Source of the DNA: Podarcis melisellensis
Taxonomy: Eukaryota
Direction: 5' to 3' (one strand)
Assembly: GCA_964234715.1 (NCBI GenBank)
Contig: OZ174276.1
DNA length: 64,000 nt
The translations under genes were made by a program, and so were the position numbers. The notes below the pieces were generated by a model that saw nothing but the letters and a program-made list of their open reading frames with translations, searched no databases and was not told the origin of the DNA. Shown here in pieces: positions 36,687-47,952 of the stretch (within the stretch, counting starts at the first letter, position 1; every line of letters begins with the position of its first letter).

Positions 36687-36997
36687 TCAGGGAGGAAGAT
36701 ATAACAGATATTTCCTACAGACAGCAACAGGTGTCACCTCATTTGTTACTCTCAGGGTTTCCATCTGCTTGCATTAAAGTCTAACACAACCCCAACAGCA
36801 GCTTTAGGAAATCTGGACGCTCCTCTGTCACAGGAAGAAAGAGGAAGTTCGGCACACACTGCGCAAGTTACGACATGCCTCATTCAGGCAAAGCAAGACT
36901 CAACTTGTAAGGTCTGGCTGATAAGTTTTGGGCAGGGTGAAATGTGTGTATTCAAACAACAAGAGTGCAGGAGGCACAAAGCGAAAGGGTTCCTTAC

Positions 36998-37123
36998 CTA
37001 GGGATGACTCAGAAGCGGAAGAAGACCTGTTCACGCTGAAAGCCATATCTGAGTCACTGTCATATTGGGAGCCTCCAGGGGATCCTGAGGGAGAGACTGT
37101 CACAGGGCTGGACTGCACAGTGC
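36998..37123 (-). CDS. NEURL1B: NEURL1B coding exon, Ser-rich linker
   Basis: ttttcag|GC acceptor and CTAG|gtaagg donor; 126 nt, phase 1-1. Encodes GTVQSSPVTVSPSGSPGGSQYDSDSDMAFSVNRSSSASESSL. Confidence 0.95.
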
Positions 37124-38195
37124 CTGAAAATACAAAATAACAGGTTCCGTCAGATTGAGGGGTGGGGCAGGAATCTCTCAGGCATGCAGTGCGGAACAGA
37201 GTCTACCCTGGGACAACACCATCCATTTCATCTTCACAATAGACTTACTGTGTAATTGGGAACTTGGTATTTTGTAATACCTATTAGCAGGTTGATTTGT
37301 TTAAAGAAAATGAGCTTCCTCTGGTTCCAAGCTTGCCTTAACTGCCTCGTTAAAGCTCATTCTATTCCCACCCAATTCAGATAGGGGCAAAAATCTGACT
37401 GGCAAGATCCAACCAGGAGGTTGAAGACCAGTGGTGGAGAATGTCTAGAACATGGGCCCATGAGGCTGTTTTGACTAAGCCACACCCACCTGCCCCTCCA
37501 CCTGGCATCATACATGTGGGGTATGTGGTTTGGCCCAAAGCAGGGTTTGCAGGCATTACCAGTCTGAAGAAAAGGAAAAGAGGGTCCTGTGAATTCCACT
37601 TACAAAGGACCTTGCAAGCAGGAAATTAGGATCCCAAGAAAGATGTCAAGTTACTAAAATACAGCCTACCCCCACCTAGCCAAAAGGGTGCAGCCAACTG
37701 AGAGTGATGCCTATGAAGTCAGGATAGCTAAATGGAACTTCCCTGCTCAGAAGTGGTACATGTATCCCGACCAGAAGCTGAGAACAAAGTGAGAGTGGAA
37801 TGTAGCCATAATCCTCATGCCCTGCTTGGCTGCTTTTTGGCAAGAGAATGCTGGAGCAGAGGAATCTTGGGCTGGTTGTGCAAGGCAATTTTGATGTTCT
37901 GAATTATGGAACTACAATCAGCCCTCTTTTAAAGCAATGCTAGTTTCAGCCAGGAATATAAAACTCAAGTAGTGATCAGACCTCTATATTGGCAAAATGG
38001 CCCATAAACTGGTATGTGACCAAAAAGGGGCCTGGTGGTGGTACAAGAGGGCAGTCTGCATCTTTGCAACTGTGCTAGGGCCACTGAAGCTGCTTACAGC
38101 ACATTGATCAATACACCAGGGTCTACCTGAGTGTTCTAGTCGAGATCCCTCTCTGCTCCATCGCATGGATCACATAGGCTTGTAGAAACAGTATA

Positions 38196-38419
38196 CAGTA
38201 GTTACGAACTTAATTCATTCCGCAGGTCCGTTCTTAACCTGAAACTGTTCTTAACTAGAGGCGTGCTTTCGCTAATAGGGCCTCTTGCTGCCTCTGGCAC
38301 ACAATTTCTATTCTCATCCTGGGGCAAAGTTTTCAGCTCAAGGTAACTCTTGCAGGTTAGCGGAGTTTGTAACCTGAAGCGTTTGTAACCTGAGGTGTTT
38401 GTAACTCGAGGTACCACTG
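38196..38419 (+). mobile_element. Tc1/mariner-type MITE, copy 2 (left TIR partly deleted)
   Basis: Same family as 15927-16152; right end gaggtaccactg|ta. Confidence 0.85.
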
Positions 38420-38703
38420 TAGAATAGTATGCACATTTACTAGCTTTATGAAAAAGTACATGCAAGTTGCCAGACAAGCGGCAGAGACATCTGGTTTTGA
38501 CCATCTCCCCAAATATAAGATCATGCTTCAGCAATGCCAATGCAAGGCACAGCTGGTGGCAACAAGGGTTTAGTTGGCCTATAAAATGCCACAGAGAGAG
38601 GCAACAGCCCACTGAAGCCAGGTAGAATGTAATGCCGCTCCAAAGCTGTAAAGAAATCTCAGCGTTACACTACACTACACCCATATTTTTGAGCTGCACT
38701 TAC

Positions 38704-39411
38704 CTAATATTTTGAGTTGATTGATTACACCATGGATCGTGAAAAATACCCACAGTGACTGCGAGGTATCAACGCACATCAGCATCCCACGGTTGATCCC
38801 GTTTATTCCATGGTGCACTTCTCCATTTGGCAAGACCACAAAGCTGAGGATGTCCCCATTGTTGAGGACTGGGAAACCTCGGCAAACCACCCAGTATTCC
38901 TTGCGATCCAGAAGGAAGTCTGGATCCGCTGGGAGCTCATTTGTTCGTAAAGTACCAGGATCACAAGAAGTGATGCCAAACGTGAGGGCTCCATAGTACG
39001 GCAGCCCCAGGTGTCCAACTTCCACAAAGAGGCTTTCACCAATGTGCAAAGGCCGGTCGGAAAACACCAAAGTCCTATTGCTCTCTTGCCAGTTGGTGCA
39101 GGCAGACATCCGGTCCTGAGAAAAGTTAATGTCGGGCCCACGAGTAGGGTGGAAACGCAGATCTGTATCGAGAAAGGCAGGCACCACTTGGGCAAGCTGC
39201 CGCCTGCTTGGACAGCAAGGGATGGTGTGATTATCTGTCGGCAGCGCAGGCATACGGCTCAAGTTCAGATTAGCAATTTTGGCCACCACCTGGTTGTTCT
39301 CCAGTTCGTTGTTGTTGAAGTTGGCTGAGTCGTGGCTGCTCTGTGGAAGGCAAGTGCTGAGTCGTGCGTTGCTGAGACGGGTGGAGGTCATCGTCTCGGC
39401 AAACATGCTGT
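38704..39411 (-). CDS. NEURL1B: NEURL1B coding exon, NHR2 domain
   Basis: ctcacag|AC acceptor and TTAG|gtaagt donor; 708 nt, phase 1-1. Encodes DSMFAET...NFNNNELENNQVVAK...LRFHPTRG...FGITSCDP...LDRKEYWVV...QLKIL. Confidence 0.97.
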
Positions 39412-42400
39412 CTGTGAGGCAATGACAAGGAAAAGCTGTATTAGAGGCAAGCTGAAAATGGCAGCCTACCCTGGCTTGATCGTTGCTTTTTGGCTACTCC
39501 ATCATACTTAAAACATCAAATATGATACTTTTCCTAGTCCAATTGTGTTTCCAATTAAAGTGGGCAAAAGGAACATAAAGAAAAATATCTGGAAAAACAG
39601 AATTTTCAAGGCAGTTAGGAATTCTTCCGTCAAACAAAGCTCCACCAGTATTTGCTATTCTACGGGAGCACTGTCCAATGGAACACCATACTACAAGCAC
39701 GTTGCCTGATGCAGGGGCCTCTATTCCTTTCAGCCTTGTATTTGGTGCTCACAAAAAGAGACCTGTTTCTGTTCACTGCCTCACTCAATTGCAGAAAAGC
39801 AGATTCTGCAAACTACACTACCTACTTGAGAGAATAAATATTCCTTCCTCGTCTCATCTCTCTCATACCTCCGCACCCCCACCCTGTCCTTGCCAATTTA
39901 ATTCATGTAAGAGAGACTGGAAAGAGAATGCATTTAATCACTTTAGACCATTAATAATAAATTGTGTGTAATGTACTTGCATGCTAATAGCAGTAGTGCC
40001 CTTTAAAAAAATGTTTCAAAGCACACTACAGACTATTTGTTACTGACAGGCTACGTGAACAAGCGACAAACTCTCTCCCAGCACAACATCCCATCTGATA
40101 GCACCCAATGTAAACAAAAAAACAAAAAACCCACAAACATTTCTAGCCCCAAAACATAAAACTAGAAACACATCACTCCATATGAACCATTCCCCTGTAT
40201 AGTTATTGAGAGTTGATAATGAGAAAAAGAATGCGTATGAGGAAAGCAAAGGGCAAGATACTTCGGCAACTTTTGATTTAGGACATTCAGATTTCTAAAA
40301 GGAAGAATCATCCTAAGATTATTTTCCCAAAGTCTTAGATCTATAATCTGGGGGCCACTACCGGGACGGTAATTCATGCTGAAATCATGGCATGGCTTGT
40401 GGATGTCAGCTTAAGGCTGCAGTACTGTGCGTGCTTATTTAGGAATAAAACACACTGAATTAAGTGGGATTTACTTCTGGGAAAACGTACACAGGTTTAC
40501 ACTGTTAAACTTGATTTTAAGTTACACATAACTGCTGCATTTGCATGCATTTTAGCCTCCTTAAAAGTGGAAATGTATTGAAAATTTATCTGAAGGGCTT
40601 AAAGTTGACTATCAATGCAATATATGGAAAAATCAAACGTATAAAACAGCTTTCAATTTTAATTAGCCACATAGCTTTTCTTGACAGAAGGAATCTGGGA
40701 GGGGGTGTTAAAGTAAAGCCTGTCTTCCTCCTCAGGATCCCAAGTAGCCAGTTCAATATTTCAAAGGAGTGGCTTTCTCTAAGTGCTTAAGTCATAAAAG
40801 CTTCACATCTACAATGTTAAGAGTTGATATAATGAATTTGTACATAGTGCATCCTGCTTTGTGAAACATCTACAGTTCTATATTTGGGACACCCTCTGTT
40901 CCCGTCTTCCAGCCACTCCCCAATTACTGACGCTACAAAAGTGATCCAACTTGGCCCTCACTTTCTCTTACATTTCTACCTGTAAAATGGTAATAATAGT
41001 GAACTGTAAAATGGTAATAATAGTGATCTGAAGGGAAAGAGGCGGCCAAGCACTTTTGAAGGCTCTGATCAAAATTCAGCAAGAGTTAAGTGCTGTTATG
41101 CTCATTTATTTTAATGGGCTTTTGGCACACAGTCCAAATTAATTGACTGTGGCCAACAAATGCTATAGCACATTGTAAACTATAGTCCTACAGACTACAG
41201 GGGGGGAGAGAGAAATGGCCTGGTTTCTACCTGCTGCCTCCACTGACAAGCTAGCCATTGTATAATTCACTTCATAGGAGCTGTGCCCCTTCAACTCTAC
41301 CCAGGGTCATAATGCAGGATCTAACACACCACAGACCATAGCTTTCTGACAAGGCTTAGTAGGGCACAGTGAAAATGTAAAGACAATTTTCAGAATCACA
41401 CTAGGTCTTGGTATGGCATAAATACCCACAAGGCACAGAATAAATTTCAATAGCCTTTTGGCAAGGCACTTAACTATTCCTAGGTGATTGTTTAATTTTA
41501 AGCTGAAAAAGTGTCCCTTGTTTGGGTTGCAGAAGAACATGGAAAGGGGGCTTAAGAATTTGGGGAGGTGGGGAGAGGTTGTGGTTTTCAAAATTTTAAG
41601 CACCCCAATTTAAACCGTGCCTACTTAAGAATGATTTGAACTATTTTCCATTAATGCATTCATTATGTCATTATTGCTGAAGCTACGTTATCTTTAACAA
41701 TCATGTCCACAATTAAGATGACAGGAATGCCAAATCTGTCCTTTGAAGTCAACTGTAGAGCTGGAGATATGTGCAGTAAACCAATACCAGAAAGGGGGGA
41801 GGGGGTTGTGACAGCTTTATTCAGATAACCCCGGAGTACACCAGACACATGTATTAGTGCTCATGTTCTGAGAACACTGGAAGCAGCAGATTACATCACA
41901 GGCAGCATCCAAGATCCCTAGTGCTTTGTAAACACATACTATCAGGCTTGTCTATAAGGACAAAAATAAGTCCACAATCATGGCTCATTGAGCTGTACTT
42001 CTAGGTACGCCAACTGAAGCCAAGCTATCACCTGAACTCTACAGGACAAGGTGATAAATCAAGAGCGAGGAATCTCTTGCCTGGATGGAATAGATTCAAG
42101 AAGAGGAAAAACCCAATGCTTTGGAAAAGCTTCCAAACTCTTGGAAAGAGAATTACGACATTGCTGCCCTCACTGGAGTCCTCTGATAAGCAGAGAAGCT
42201 GGCGTTTCTCTTGTGTCAAGGTGCTGTGCTTTCTAAAAAACCCCGATAGGGCAGGAATGCCACATGAGAGGCTCTAAGTGGCCGTCACAGGAGATAATGG
42301 TTATAAAGCCTGAGCTGGAGAGGGAGGATGAGTCATGGCACTGCATGGTGCACACAGCTGGCAATTTGTGGAGCCAATGCAAGGGGAAGAGGCCTCATGT

Positions 42401-42719
42401 CATTGGATTGGTCTCCTTGGTTGTGGGGCTCACAGATCCAAAAGTTAAAAGCTATCTCACACCAAGGGCACCAGTGCAACAAACACACCTGCACTTTTAT
42501 CAAGCGAGCTTATGTAATAGGAACAGGCTACCAATATAAATACTAAGGGCAGTTTCTGGCGTTGGTTTTAAATTTCTGAAGTGTTGGCGTATTAATTTAG
42601 GCAACTGTAATTGGTGAAAAAATATCTGTTGCCAGCTTATCTGCCCCATGGTGCAATCCAATTTAACCACGATGGAGCAGAACGTCCGCCTGAAGATTTT
42701 CACATTTCCACCATTGCTT

Positions 42720-42885
42720 ATTTCATTTATTTATTACATTTACATTCCACCTTTCCTCCAAGAGCTCATGGTGGCACACCTGGTTCTGTCCTTCTCAGTT
42801 ATTACCCTCACAGCAAGCCTGGGCTTGGCAGAGAGACCGAGAGCTTCATACCTAGGTAGGGATTTGAACCCGAGTCCCAGTAACA
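42720..42885 (-). mobile_element. Degenerate SINE, antisense to + strand
   Basis: AT-rich tail tttattattacattt, body ccacctttcctccaagagctca..., and reversed B-box gggatttgaaccc. Confidence 0.55.
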
Positions 42886-43048
42886 GTGACTGGATGAAAA
42901 TGAAAATGCAAGCTTAGTATCCGGGCTTTACACTTTACAACATAAGCACTGCTACCAACCTCACACAGCTTGTTCTGAGAGAAGGGAGACATGACAAAAG
43001 GGTCTATACAGAAGGAGATTTTTTTTTTAACAGACCATATACACCTAC

Positions 43049-43609
43049 CTAGTATTTGCACTTCATGTGTGATTCCATAGACATCTATCAGTGCCCAGAG
43101 AGGCCCGGAGACTTTGACGCCACAGTGAAACAGAATTGGCTCTTCATCATTAACGCTATAGAAAACTCTCCCATGGCGGTCGACCCAGAACGCCAAGATG
43201 TTGTCTCTTAGTGCAAACCTCTCTGGCAGGGCTTTGGCCCAGAAGCCTGGCCGTGTCACCAGGTCTGGGCAGGCGTATTTTGGTATGTCGTCTGCGCTCA
43301 TCTGCGATGGATCGTGAGTGGTGAAGCCAAAGCGCAGGGCCCCGCTCCACCCGTGGTGCACAGACACCAGCTTGAGACGCACTTTCTCGTAGAGGTGGAT
43401 GGGCCGGTTGGTGAAAGTGACGCCGTTGCAGAAACTGTTCCTCCGAGTGGCTTTGCGGGAATGGGCATCCAGGCGTATGTTTTTTCCTTTGGCCTGGAAA
43501 TGGAATCGCGGAGGTTCAGTAATGGTGAGGACAGACCGCCTCTCATGGCTACTGTTAGGCAGAGTGTAATAAGGCCTGTGGGATACAGAGCGAGCCTGTT
43601 GACTGGTGT
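43049..43609 (-). CDS. NEURL1B: NEURL1B coding exon 2, NHR1 domain
   Basis: atttgcag|AC acceptor and CTAG|gtaggt donor; 561 nt, phase 1-1. Encodes DTSQQ...PPRFHFQAKGKNIRLDAHSRKATRRNSFCNGVTFTNRPI...WSGALRFGFT...PKYACPDLV...LWALIDVYGITHEVQIL. Confidence 0.97.
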
Positions 43610-44089
43610 CTGCAAATAATAATAAAAAAAAAAAACAGGAAGAAGAGGCATTGTTAGGAATTTGCTAATTTAGGTTGCAATGCTAAGAAAACTGCTCCCC
43701 TCCCCCCGCCCCCAGCTACTGATATGTGCAGATTCTAGGCTAGATTTTAACAAACTAATCAGATACAAACACACTCCTTATTTGGACAAAGTTCCTCTGC
43801 TCCCTGTTCTTGTAATCCTAGTAAGAAGGACATTTTTCCAGTGGAAAAAAATTCTGTCTCTCAGCCAGTGTTCAGCTGGAACCAGTTTTTAAATGAATAC
43901 ATTGCTAGATACAACTGACACCTCAACAGATACACAAACAAAAAAAACCTTAGCACACTAGGTTGAGGTGGGGAGATCCAAACTGCAGTAGTCACACTGC
44001 TACTGTTTGAGGCCAAAAGAGGAAGTGACTAGACAATTTCATTGCTGACATAAACAGATTTGCCCAACAACTGCTTCTACAATCTAAAA

Positions 44090-44342
44090 CATGGGTAGGC
44101 AAACTAAGGTCTGGGGAGCCAGAACCGGCCCAATCGCCTTCTAAATCCAGCCCATGGACGGTCTGGGAATCAGCCGGTTTTTACATGATAGATTGTGTCC
44201 TTTTATTTAAAATGCATCTCTGAGTTATTTGTGGGGCGTAGGAATTCATTCATTATTATTTTTTTCAAAATATAGTCCAGCCCCCCACAAGGTCTGTGAG
44301 ACAGTGGGCTGGCCCCCTCCTGAAAAAGTTTGCTGACCCCTG
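44090..44342. mobile_element. hAT MITE with perfect 8-bp TSD
   Basis: catgggtaggcaaact ... agtttgctgacccctg flanked by atctaaaa (44082-44089 and 44343-44350). Confidence 0.85.
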
Positions 44343-45717
44343 ATCTAAAACTTGGAGCAATTGTTAAGTAGGCATCCCAGAAGACAGAGAAAGCAGCCAG
44401 TCTGGAGCTCTGTACCCCAGGCAGCCTATGTGTGCTACGTGAGAGCAGAGAGGAAGACTGACATAAAGAGAAGCTGCCAATATGTGGTAATATTACTTGC
44501 TGCCACCCTTCTGCCTTTTCTTGGTCCCCAATGCATGTCCTGTTGGAAGTGACTTGAAGCAACAGTGCCCTCCTCTACCCATGAACTCTGAAGCAGACAG
44601 GTAGATTGTATGTTTGGAACAATGACCGCATATCAACAAAAGGAGGTGGCAGATTTATCTTAGTGGCACTGAACACCTCCAAGATGACCTGCCCATCATT
44701 TAAAAAGAGAAGTGAGTCACCAAGTTAGTAACTAAACTGCAAGCAACTGTTGGACCACCCCAGGCAACCAAGCATTTAACCATCCCTAAAAGGCCCCTGG
44801 TTCTGAGTTTTAAGTGCTATCTTTGGCCTGCTTAGTATCCATAACATGCTTTGTAGCTCTAAGAACTAGTTTTCAATTGTATGTTGCTTCAAATGTTAGC
44901 TGCTGATGGCTTAAATTCTGAAAATCCATTTGGGGCATCATACAACATGTGTTGTAGCATAAACAGCATGCATTTTCCCTTATCCAATCTTTATTACACT
45001 GAACTACAAGATAAAACAGGGCCATCAGAAACCCCCAAAGCTAAATGAAGCAGCCCTAGGGCGGAGGTGGGGGAAATTGGCTCCTAATGAAACTGTTTTT
45101 GTAAGTCTGTCCTATGACTTCCCCTTATGGCAGGAACAGTGTCATGGCAAATATTCAGTAATCATTTCCCTTATTTTTAATGAACGACACACACACAAAA
45201 TAGCTCAGTGAGACAAGATTAAAGCTCCCACCCTAATAAACCCCAAACACAAAAGTCAAAACAGTTTTATTGTAATTACAAGTAGCCACATGCCGAAATA
45301 TAAACATAGCTGGAAAACAAAACTGCACTAAGGTCCTGCTTGGCACTTTACACTTGGGAGGAATAGGGATTTGTTTAAATATATTTTAAAATACCTTCAC
45401 AGCAGGAGCTTCAATATTTTTGAATTGATACTGTGCAAGTGACAATTGTTTCAAATAATGGCAACACCTCTCCTTAAAAACAAACAACACATTCCTAACA
45501 TTTGTGACTTACTTCTTTTACTTAACAGTAATTAAAATGCATACCAAAAAGTATTAGCTGACCTCAGCAGCCACACACTAAACAGCCCAGAAGAACTCTA
45601 CTTCAGAATTGATTCCTGCCAATTCTCTCCCATTATTTCCCTCCCAACACCCAGACAGGCTCTTTCGGTTGCATAAAGGTGAATTCAGAAAAAACCCAGT
45701 CAGGTATTGCGCTCCTA

Positions 45718-45977
45718 AGCCACGTTCACACCATACATTTAAAGCATGATACCGCTTTAAACAGTCATGGCTTCCTCCAAATAATCCTGGGAATTCACAG
45801 AGCTGCCATTTTCCAGAGTGGTTAAACAATCAATCCCTCTTCACATGAACTCTAGGAAATGTAGCTCTCTGTGGGGAAGAGGGGTCTCCTAACAAACTAC
45901 AGCTCCCAGAATTCTTGGGAAGCCAAGGCTGTTTGAAGTGCATCATAGTGCTTTAAATGTGTGGTATGAATGCAGCC
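45718..45977. mobile_element. MITE with long TIRs (PIF/Harbinger-like)
   Basis: gttcacaccatacatttaaagca ... tgctttaaatgtgtggtatgaatgcagcc|taa. Confidence 0.7.
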
Positions 45978-47455
45978 TAATAGTTGCAGATTCTGAAAGC
46001 ATTTCACAGGGTCTCTCAGTCTCTACAGACCTTTCTATGGAAGCAGCTCAAGAATGCAATCCAACCCATTCCAGCCTGCAAATACATCCCACTGTGTTAA
46101 GTGGTGTTTATGTACAAGTAAACATGCACAGGACAGGGCAGCAAGACAGGCATCCTGTCAGTTTTGGTGAGATTTTTTTTTTTTACCTTCCCCTTAGGAC
46201 TGCCTGACCAGAAAAAAACAGACTGCCCTGCTTTTTATCTGCAGAAATCAGCAGATGGAGGTTTTTATGGAATGGAGCTAAGCATTCTCACCTCCCAGTG
46301 TCTGGAGTACAAGCTTGCAAAGGGTTTAGAAAACGTGCCAGTATAATAATAATGATAAAGGAACAAAGCTGGCAACAATACCTCTTGAATGATATCTTTA
46401 GCAGGCCAAATCCTTAGCAGCAGCAGTGCCTCTCAGGAGGTTATACAAGCCTGTTTGTAATGTAAACATCCTGCCAAAGGATGACAGATATGTTTTAAGA
46501 AAAATTTTCCAAAAGGAGAGAACCAAGATGACTAGCAAATCTAAATAAATAACTGGGAGGGAAGTACTTGCACTTCCCAAGTGAACCACATGGGCCACGA
46601 ACCACTCTCTGGTGCAAGAGATTCAGCTGGAAGAACTGAGAGACTAGCAACTCGCTGAAGGTGAAAATATAGTGTTTCTGGCCAGAGAGTCCTGGGAGCA
46701 TCACTTCTGTTACAGTAACACCTAAGTACGTGGCAGCCATGAAGAGGTGGGAAACATAAGGCGTTTCAGGAGTTACATGGAAGAGCCCATGCAAACAAGT
46801 TTATCTTTATATGAGAACTAGAAACAGAAACTGAACTCTTTAAGATACTTCTTTTCATTACACTTATCTTAAGAATGGAGAGATACGGGAAAGAATGGCG
46901 AGGCACATAATAGTGGTACACATAATGAATAGCGAGTTATAGATAGGCCCAATGGGGTAAACGTTCTCAGGCATTCAGGGCAGCGTCGTTTACACCAATA
47001 GCGGAAGCTTTATCGCCACCTTCAATAAGAGCGTGATAAGGCCAGAGAACAGAATCAAAGACTGCCAGGCACAAATGCATTAAGGCCTGTGACACATACA
47101 CTTATGTGATTAAGCGGCAAACTGCTCCCACTTATCACTATTGGCCTATACACTACACTGTACAACTTGCCTTGTGAACGGGAAAACTCTCCATCTACTT
47201 ATATTCAGTACAATAGCGCAGTTTCTGCACAATCTGATCTAGATATATTGGCACTGACTGCCAAGAAAACCATTCTTAGTATCTGCTTATTGAGTTTTTA
47301 ATGGGTGTCCCTTCCTCTAAAATAGTCATTGTTTCATTCATCTTAGTTGTCTAAGTATATAGATGGCAACGGCCACAGTCAGAGCATAACTCAACTGCCT
47401 TGTCCAGGAATGGCTGCCATAAGGAGTGGTGGAGAGAGGAATATTTCAATAAATA

Positions 47456-47682
47456 CAGCAACCCCACAACGTATGTGCATTTAACTTTTGCACATTCAGC
47501 TTTACGTGCGGACAAAATAAATAAATAAAAATTAAAAGGGTGGAGAAAGGGTGTGAGGTTCTGGGGGAAATGACTTTGGCAATCCCACTTACTATTGAGC
47601 TCAATAGATTTTGACTATGCATAATTTGGCTTTAGGCAAAATCCGCTGGAACATAACCCCTGCATAAACTGCCTGCTTACTG
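47456..47682. mobile_element. Old Tc1/pogo (Tigger-like) non-autonomous element
   Basis: ta|cagcaacccc ... gaacataacccctgcataaactgcctgcttactg|ta. Confidence 0.5.
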
Positions 47683-47775
47683 TACATCCTGTTGTACAGC
47701 AACAAACTGTTTCACTATCACAAACACATTCTTCAGCACACCTTCACATAGTTTATGATCTTAAGGTATAAAAAG

Positions 47776-47798
47776 TGTGTGTGTGTGTGTGTGTGTGT
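47776..47798. repeat. (GT)n microsatellite
   Basis: Perfect run. Confidence 0.9.
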
Positions 47799-47899
47799 AC
47801 ATATACACACACACATAGACACACAGGCATCTACATTTTGTATAATCCCTATCCCATTCCTTGAATGTACAAGCAGAGAAGAATATCAAGGCAAGAAAT

Positions 47900-47952
<53 letters not shown>
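47900..47952. repeat. (TAGA)n tetranucleotide microsatellite
   Basis: About 13 perfect units. Confidence 0.95.
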
